This document shows positions 59,103 to 64,000 of a stretch of DNA of 64,000 bases, piece after piece. The position numbers and the translations under genes were made by a program. Numbering within the stretch: the first letter of the stretch is position 1; each line of letters opens with the position of its first letter. The notes below the pieces were generated by a model. The model had not been told where the DNA came from. It saw nothing but the letters and a program-made list of their open reading frames with translations, and did not search any database. The stretch covers positions 494,819 to 558,818 of the forward strand of contig JBAZYN010000001.1 in NCBI GenBank assembly GCA_041659325.1, given 5' to 3'. This DNA is from Candidatus Shapirobacteria bacterium (GTDB lineage: Bacteria; Patescibacteriota; Microgenomatia; UBA12405).

Positions 59103-60211
59103 TCCCTATATCCCGAAACCAGTCTAACCTGACCGAGTAATTCTCTGTTTTCTATCAATGCCCCGCATCCAAAAATGACCGACATACCCGGATCCTCTGT
59201 CACCCGGGTTACTATTTTAGTCTCTTTTTCAATCTCTCTATCCAGACCTTTCAGCTTCGCTCCGCTCCCCACCAAAATAATTCCTCTTTTCAAAATATCA
59301 TCCATCAGCTCCGGCGGAGTTTCGTCCAACACCGTTTTCACCATCTTAACAATTTTTCCCACCTCAAGTCCCACCGCCTCCTGAATTTCCGAAGCACTTA
59401 GTTTAATACTCCGGGGCAGACCAGACTCCAGATCGCGACCCCTCACCAAAGAGTGGCTCCCTCCCTCACCATCAAAAATCCTTCCCGATTCAATTTTCAC
59501 CCGTTCCGCCGTACCCGGACCAATCAGCACCCCATATTTCATCCTTACATAATTCACAATATTATTATCCAATTCTATCCCCGCTACTTTACTCGCCCGG
59601 GTCAGCACGACCCCACCCATCGATACCAAACTTACTTCCGTTTTTCCTCCGCCAATGTCCACCACCAGCAACCCCGACGATTTATTAACCGGCATCCCCG
59701 CCCCAATTGCCGCCAAAATCGATTCCTCCACCAACATTACCTGGGCCGCCCCCGCCGCCAAAAAAATGGTCTTTACTGCCCGTTTCTGAACATCGGTCAC
59801 AAAACCCGGGACTCCCACCAATACCTTGGGTTTCAAAAACTTAGGATATTTACTGGGTATTTCATAAACCAACCGTAGATAGTAAGTAATCATATCTTCT
59901 GCCGACTCCATATCCGAAATTATCCCGTTTTTTATCGGGTTAACAACTTCGATATGGATAGGCTCACGGTTAACCATTTCTTTTGCCTTTGTCCCAAAAG
60001 CAATTGGCCGCAGATTAGACAATTTTGGCGCCGACAACCCGGTCCATCTTTTCTTTTTTGGTCGGGCCACCATGGCCGGCTCATCCACCACCACCCCCCG
60101 CTCTCGAAGATAAATCAAAACATTACTGCTGCCCAGGTCAACCCCAATATCCCACCTAAACGGCGCCAAAATTTTGTCCACAAAACCTCCAAAATCAAAA
60201 AGACTGATCAC
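59099..60211 (-). CDS. mreB: Rod shape-determining protein MreB
   Basis: IGVDLGS, PIKNGII, VDIGGGKTE, AERVK, TPPEL. Confidence 0.9.
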   Translation of the reverse strand: MISLFDFGGFVDKILAPFRWDIGVDLGSSNVLIYLRERGVVVDEPAMVARPKKKRWTGLSAPKLSNLRPIAFGTKAKEMVNREPIHIEVVNPIKNGIISDMESAEDMITYYLRLVYEIPSKYPKFLKPKVLVGVPGFVTDVQKRAVKTIFLAAGAAQVMLVEESILAAIGAGMPVNKSSGLLVVDIGGGKTEVSLVSMGGVVLTRASKVAGIELDNNIVNYVRMKYGVLIGPGTAERVKIESGRIFDGEGGSHSLVRGRDLESGLPRSIKLSASEIQEAVGLEVGKIVKMVKTVLDETPPELMDDILKRGIILVGSGAKLKGLDREIEKETKIVTRVTEDPGMSVIFGCGALIENRELLGQVRLVSGYRE

Positions 60212-60246
60212 ATCAAATTATAGCAAGATACCGTTATACTATACCT

Positions 60247-62217
60247 ATGAAATTAATACCCAGGGCAATTATTTTTTGCTACCTCCTGCTTTTCTTTTTC
60301 ACCCCCCTGATTTTCACCTCCTTTAATTCAGAGCTGTTCGAATTACCCAAAACTTACTTTGTTTTTGCCATTACTATACTTGTTCTTTCCCTTCATTTAA
60401 TCAATCATTTTGTCAACGCCACTCCCCTCTATCGCCGCAGCTTCCTGGACATCCCTTTTGCACTATTTCTACTCTCCCAAGCCATTTCCACCATTATTTC
60501 CATCGATCCCCACACCTCTCTTTGGGGCTATTATTCCCGAATGAACGGCGGGCTTTTATCCACCGTCTCATATCTCACCCTTTTCTGGGTTTTCAATGTT
60601 TACCTCACCGATTCTCTAAAAAACAAGCTAGTCCACACTGCCCTGATTTCCGGATTAATAGTCTCTGTGTACGGAATTTTGCAGCATTTCGGTATCGACA
60701 AACACCTCTGGATTCAGGATGTCCAAAACCGGGTTTTCTCCACCCTCGGCCAACCAAATTGGTTGGCCGCCTATCTTTGTATCCTTATCCCTTTTGCCAT
60801 TTTGAAATTTCTTAATTCCAAATCAAAGTTACAGTTTACTGTTTACAGTTTACTGATTACCGTTTTTTATCTGTGTCTCCTTTTTACCAAATCCAAATCA
60901 GGTATTCTTGCCGCCATCATCACCATCTCTCTCTTTCTTATTATCTATTCCCAAAAAACAAAAAAAATTCTATTACCGATTATCGTTTCCGGCTTAGTGA
61001 TTATTTTTCTTTTTACCGTCAACAATCCCATTCAAAATCGCCTTTCCCCCTCCTCCCCCCAAACTCCCTCAGCCCTGTCAGAGGTTACCGCCGACACTAA
61101 TATTACTGCCTCAGAAGATATCAGAAAAATTGTCTGGCAAGGTGCCTTTGACCTCTGGAAACGTTTCCCCGTCCTTGGCACCGGAGTAGAAACTTTTGCC
61201 TATTCTTATTACTGGACCAGGCCGACCTCTCATAATCTCACCTCCGAGTGGGACTTTCTCTACAACAAAGCCCACAACGAATATTTAAACTACCTCGCTA
61301 CTACCGGCGCTCTAGGCTTACTTGCCTACCTCCTCATCATTTTCACCGTTCTCAAAAAATTAATCCCTAATCACCAATCCGATATAGAAAACCTGGCTAT
61401 CCTCTCCGGCTTCTCCGCCATTTTGATCACCAATGCCGCCGGTTTTACCGTCGTTGTCTCATCTTTATTTTTCTTCCTTCTTCCCGCCCTCATCAAAATC
61501 CCGCCACAGGTTATTACTCCAAAAGCCAAACTAAAAGATAATTTTTTTACCATTCCCCTTGTCATTTTTACCCTAATCTGTGGCAGCTATCTTTTCAACA
61601 CCATTACCGCCTATTATCTAGCCGATATCGCCTTCGCCCAATCCGAAAATACCGATGCCGACCAAGAGCCTCAAACTGCCTATGACTACATCGGCGCCGC
61701 CATTAAATTTCGACCCACCGAGCCCTTGTACCAAAGCAAGATGTCTACCATCGCCGTCAAACTCGCTTCCATCGACAAACAATCGCAAGACAACAACATC
61801 AAGATCGCCCTGGCCGCTTCTGACAAATCCGTTGCCGATTCTCCGGCCAATGTTAACTTTTGGAAAGAACGAGCCCAAATGTTTATTTACCTGTCCACCA
61901 TCGATTCAAAATATTTTACCGACTCCATCGAGTCCCTTCTCTCCGCCTCCCGTCTTGCTCCCACCGATGCCAAAATTTTTTATCTTATCGGTCGTTTTTA
62001 TCTTACTGCCGGCCAAACTCCAGAGGCCCTTTTGTACTTTCAAAAAGCCATCGACCAAAAACCAAACTATGATTTTGCCTATTTTGATATGGGGAAAATT
62101 TATTTGGATCAGAAAGACTATCAAAAAGCCAAAGAATCATTTGAAACCACCCTAAAAATCGCCCCAAAAAACACCGACGCCCAAAATTACCTTGATCAAA
62201 TCAACCTCCTTGACTAG
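60247..62217 (+). CDS. O-antigen ligase-family membrane protein with C-terminal TPRs
   Basis: RVFSTLGQPNWLAAYL, TKSKSG, R..VW...GTG, KAHNEYL; TPR tail. Confidence 0.88.
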   Translation: MKLIPRAIIFCYLLLFFFTPLIFTSFNSELFELPKTYFVFAITILVLSLHLINHFVNATPLYRRSFLDIPFALFLLSQAISTIISIDPHTSLWGYYSRMNGGLLSTVSYLTLFWVFNVYLTDSLKNKLVHTALISGLIVSVYGILQHFGIDKHLWIQDVQNRVFSTLGQPNWLAAYLCILIPFAILKFLNSKSKLQFTVYSLLITVFYLCLLFTKSKSGILAAIITISLFLIIYSQKTKKILLPIIVSGLVIIFLFTVNNPIQNRLSPSSPQTPSALSEVTADTNITASEDIRKIVWQGAFDLWKRFPVLGTGVETFAYSYYWTRPTSHNLTSEWDFLYNKAHNEYLNYLATTGALGLLAYLLIIFTVLKKLIPNHQSDIENLAILSGFSAILITNAAGFTVVVSSLFFFLLPALIKIPPQVITPKAKLKDNFFTIPLVIFTLICGSYLFNTITAYYLADIAFAQSENTDADQEPQTAYDYIGAAIKFRPTEPLYQSKMSTIAVKLASIDKQSQDNNIKIALAASDKSVADSPANVNFWKERAQMFIYLSTIDSKYFTDSIESLLSASRLAPTDAKIFYLIGRFYLTAGQTPEALLYFQKAIDQKPNYDFAYFDMGKIYLDQKDYQKAKESFETTLKIAPKNTDAQNYLDQINLLD

Positions 62218-62248
62218 AACTTAGCCATTGTTTACAATCTCACCAATT

Positions 62249-62500
62249 ATGGCACCAGAACGACGATGTCGCGGAAATAGAATGACCTGGGGACTCGATT
62301 GCAAAAGATGTATTCACCTTGAAAAAGACCCAATAACCGGTGAGATCAAATACCCCGACGATTGTCATCATGGTAAAGAACGTTTCCGCATACCACCGGA
62401 AAGTACTTTCCGCGAATCTGGTACGAGCGGAGGTGATAGCCCAGATAGAGGTGGCTCCACGGAGTTTCCAGTTTCACCTCGCCGAGGAAGAGGAGATTAA
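62249..62500 (+). CDS. Hypothetical small Cys/His protein
   Basis: TACAAT upstream; C..CxxC..CHH; balanced composition. Confidence 0.45.
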   Translation: MAPERRCRGNRMTWGLDCKRCIHLEKDPITGEIKYPDDCHHGKERFRIPPESTFRESGTSGGDSPDRGGSTEFPVSPRRGRGD

Positions 62501-63069
62501 CCAATTTCCCCTTCCACCACCTTCCTCACCTCCCACACCACCATTTCCTTGTTTACTTCTTTATAAAATTTCCCTCCTTCCTCCAAAATCCTGTCCACAA
62601 ACAACACCCCGTTTAGATGATCCAGTTCATGCTGGAAAACAATGGCTTCAAATCCCGACATATCTTTTTTCCTTTTCACCAACTTTTCCCCTATCAGTTC
62701 CTCCCAGGAAGCGGTAATTTTTAAAAATCTTTTTACCGTTCCGTAATAATCCGGAAAAGACAAACATCCCTCCAAAAAATCCTCATCCTTTCCCCCTTCA
62801 ACCTTTATCTTGGGGTAAACCTTCTCCCCAAAAACCACCTCAATTTCGGGATTAATAAACACCTCCACCTCCTTTGTTTTTACGTCCTTCAATCCAAAAA
62901 ATCTCCTGTCCAAGCCTATTTGCGTCGCCGCCAATCCCGCTCCATTAGCGCTTGCCGACAAAACTTTTTTCAGCTCCGACACATCCCCCTTCAAACTCCC
63001 GTCCACTTTTTCAATTCTCGGAGTTGTCTGCCTCAGCACTTCAGCCGGATAGATCACAATTTTCTTCAC
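62497..63069 (-). CDS. def: Peptide deformylase
   Basis: GAGLAATQIG, EGCLS, QHELDHLNG. Confidence 0.97.
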   Translation of the reverse strand: MKKIVIYPAEVLRQTTPRIEKVDGSLKGDVSELKKVLSASANGAGLAATQIGLDRRFFGLKDVKTKEVEVFINPEIEVVFGEKVYPKIKVEGGKDEDFLEGCLSFPDYYGTVKRFLKITASWEELIGEKLVKRKKDMSGFEAIVFQHELDHLNGVLFVDRILEEGGKFYKEVNKEMVVWEVRKVVEGEIG

Positions 63070-63116
63070 AGGCTATTTTATCAAATTTTTTCCCGAACTC
63101 AGGTTATAATTCTCTT

Positions 63117-63983
63117 ATGAAAATAGTATTCTTTGGTTCATCGGAGTATTCACTACTCATTCTAAAGTGTCTTCAAAAAATCCAGGGTTTTGACGTTTCC
63201 GCAGTAGTTACCAAGCCGGACAAAGCCACCGGCAGGGACAAGCAAATCACCCCCAATCCCGTCTCCCGGTTTTGTGCAGACAATCATCTCCCCCTACTTC
63301 AGCCCGAAGCTTTTGACGACCAATTTTCCGATACCTTTCGGTCGCTTAAACCCGATTTGGGCCTATGTGTCGCCTATGGTCCGCCCTACTTCTCCCAAGA
63401 GTTGATTGACATTCCCAAGTACAAAATTGTCAACATCCACCCCTCTCCTTTACCAAAATACCGGGGAGCAACACCCGGACCATGGCAAATAATTAACAAC
63501 GAAACCAAAAGCGCTGTCACCTTTTTCCAAATCGATATTCTCCCCGATCACGGCCCTGTCATTACCCAAATCCCCTTCACTATTTCACCAGACGAGACAT
63601 CCTCTTCGTTTTACCAAAAAGCCTTCAACCTCGCCGCTGATAGTCTGGAAACTGTTCTCACCTCCTATATCCAAAATCCTCAATCACTGTTGCCTCAAGA
63701 CCACTCAAAAAAATCTTATTTCCCCAAACTCTCAAAAGAATCCGCAAAAATAGACTGGTCTTGGAACATCAACAAAATAGAGCACTTCATCCGTGCCCTC
63801 GACCCCTGGCCTATCGCCTGGACCGAGGTAACCAATTCCAAAAACCAGATTTTAAAAATGAAAATCTTTTCCTCGACTTTTGACTTTCGACTTTCGACTT
63901 TAAGACTCGGTACAGTCCAGATAGAAGGCAAAAAACCGATCCCCTGGGCCGAGGTAAAAGACTACTACCGGATTATCAAATAG
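63117..63983 (+). CDS. fmt: Methionyl-tRNA formyltransferase
   Basis: MKIVFFGS, VVTKPD, NIHPSPLPKYRG, IRALDPWP. Confidence 0.95.
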   Translation: MKIVFFGSSEYSLLILKCLQKIQGFDVSAVVTKPDKATGRDKQITPNPVSRFCADNHLPLLQPEAFDDQFSDTFRSLKPDLGLCVAYGPPYFSQELIDIPKYKIVNIHPSPLPKYRGATPGPWQIINNETKSAVTFFQIDILPDHGPVITQIPFTISPDETSSSFYQKAFNLAADSLETVLTSYIQNPQSLLPQDHSKKSYFPKLSKESAKIDWSWNINKIEHFIRALDPWPIAWTEVTNSKNQILKMKIFSSTFDFRLSTLRLGTVQIEGKKPIPWAEVKDYYRIIK

Positions 63984-64000
63984 TCAGTTGTCATATTACC

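Noticed and set aside
1-64000. Alternative genetic code (UGA=Gly or UAG recoding)
   Set aside because: Conserved genes are full length in code 11 and end properly at TGA (dnaB, rpsB) and TAG (gyrA, fmt).

Overview
A 64-kb chromosomal segment from a reduced-genome bacterium. It is most likely Patescibacteria/CPR of the Microgenomates type (inference from short RF1 and EF-Ts, the VirD4-like ATPase, cohesin/dockerin surface proteins and many ORFans). It uses the standard code 11. The + strand looks C/A-rich throughout and most genes lie on the - strand, with no skew switch visible by eye. Housekeeping content: a MacB-type ABC transporter, gyrBA, a Xer recombinase, yebC/rluD/lspA/dksA/lgt, tRNA-Leu(CAA), dnaB, rpmE-prfA, htrA/ctpA, rpsF-ssb-rpsR, cysS, dnaX-ybaB-recR, ybeY/yqeY/rpsU, rpsB-tsf-frr-rseP, topA, dprA, mreB-mrdA and def/fmt. 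The main unusual signals are: (1) a complete Ile/Leu/Val-type ribosome attenuator (leader peptide, antiterminator, terminator) in front of an ORFan rather than any ilv/leu gene; (2) strand-biased 7-bp tandem arrays that flank, in inverted orientation, an Avd/23S-IVP-like four-helix-bundle gene carrying an internal amber codon; (3) nested families of REP-like palindromes, some inside coding sequences; (4) a five-gene cohesin/dockerin/LPXTG Cys-rich surface cluster next to a GH39 gene, with a shared post-TM motif; (5) an unannotated 45-aa Cys-rich peptide gene; (6) pervasive leaderless gene architecture. All calls are from reading the sequence; no searches were run.
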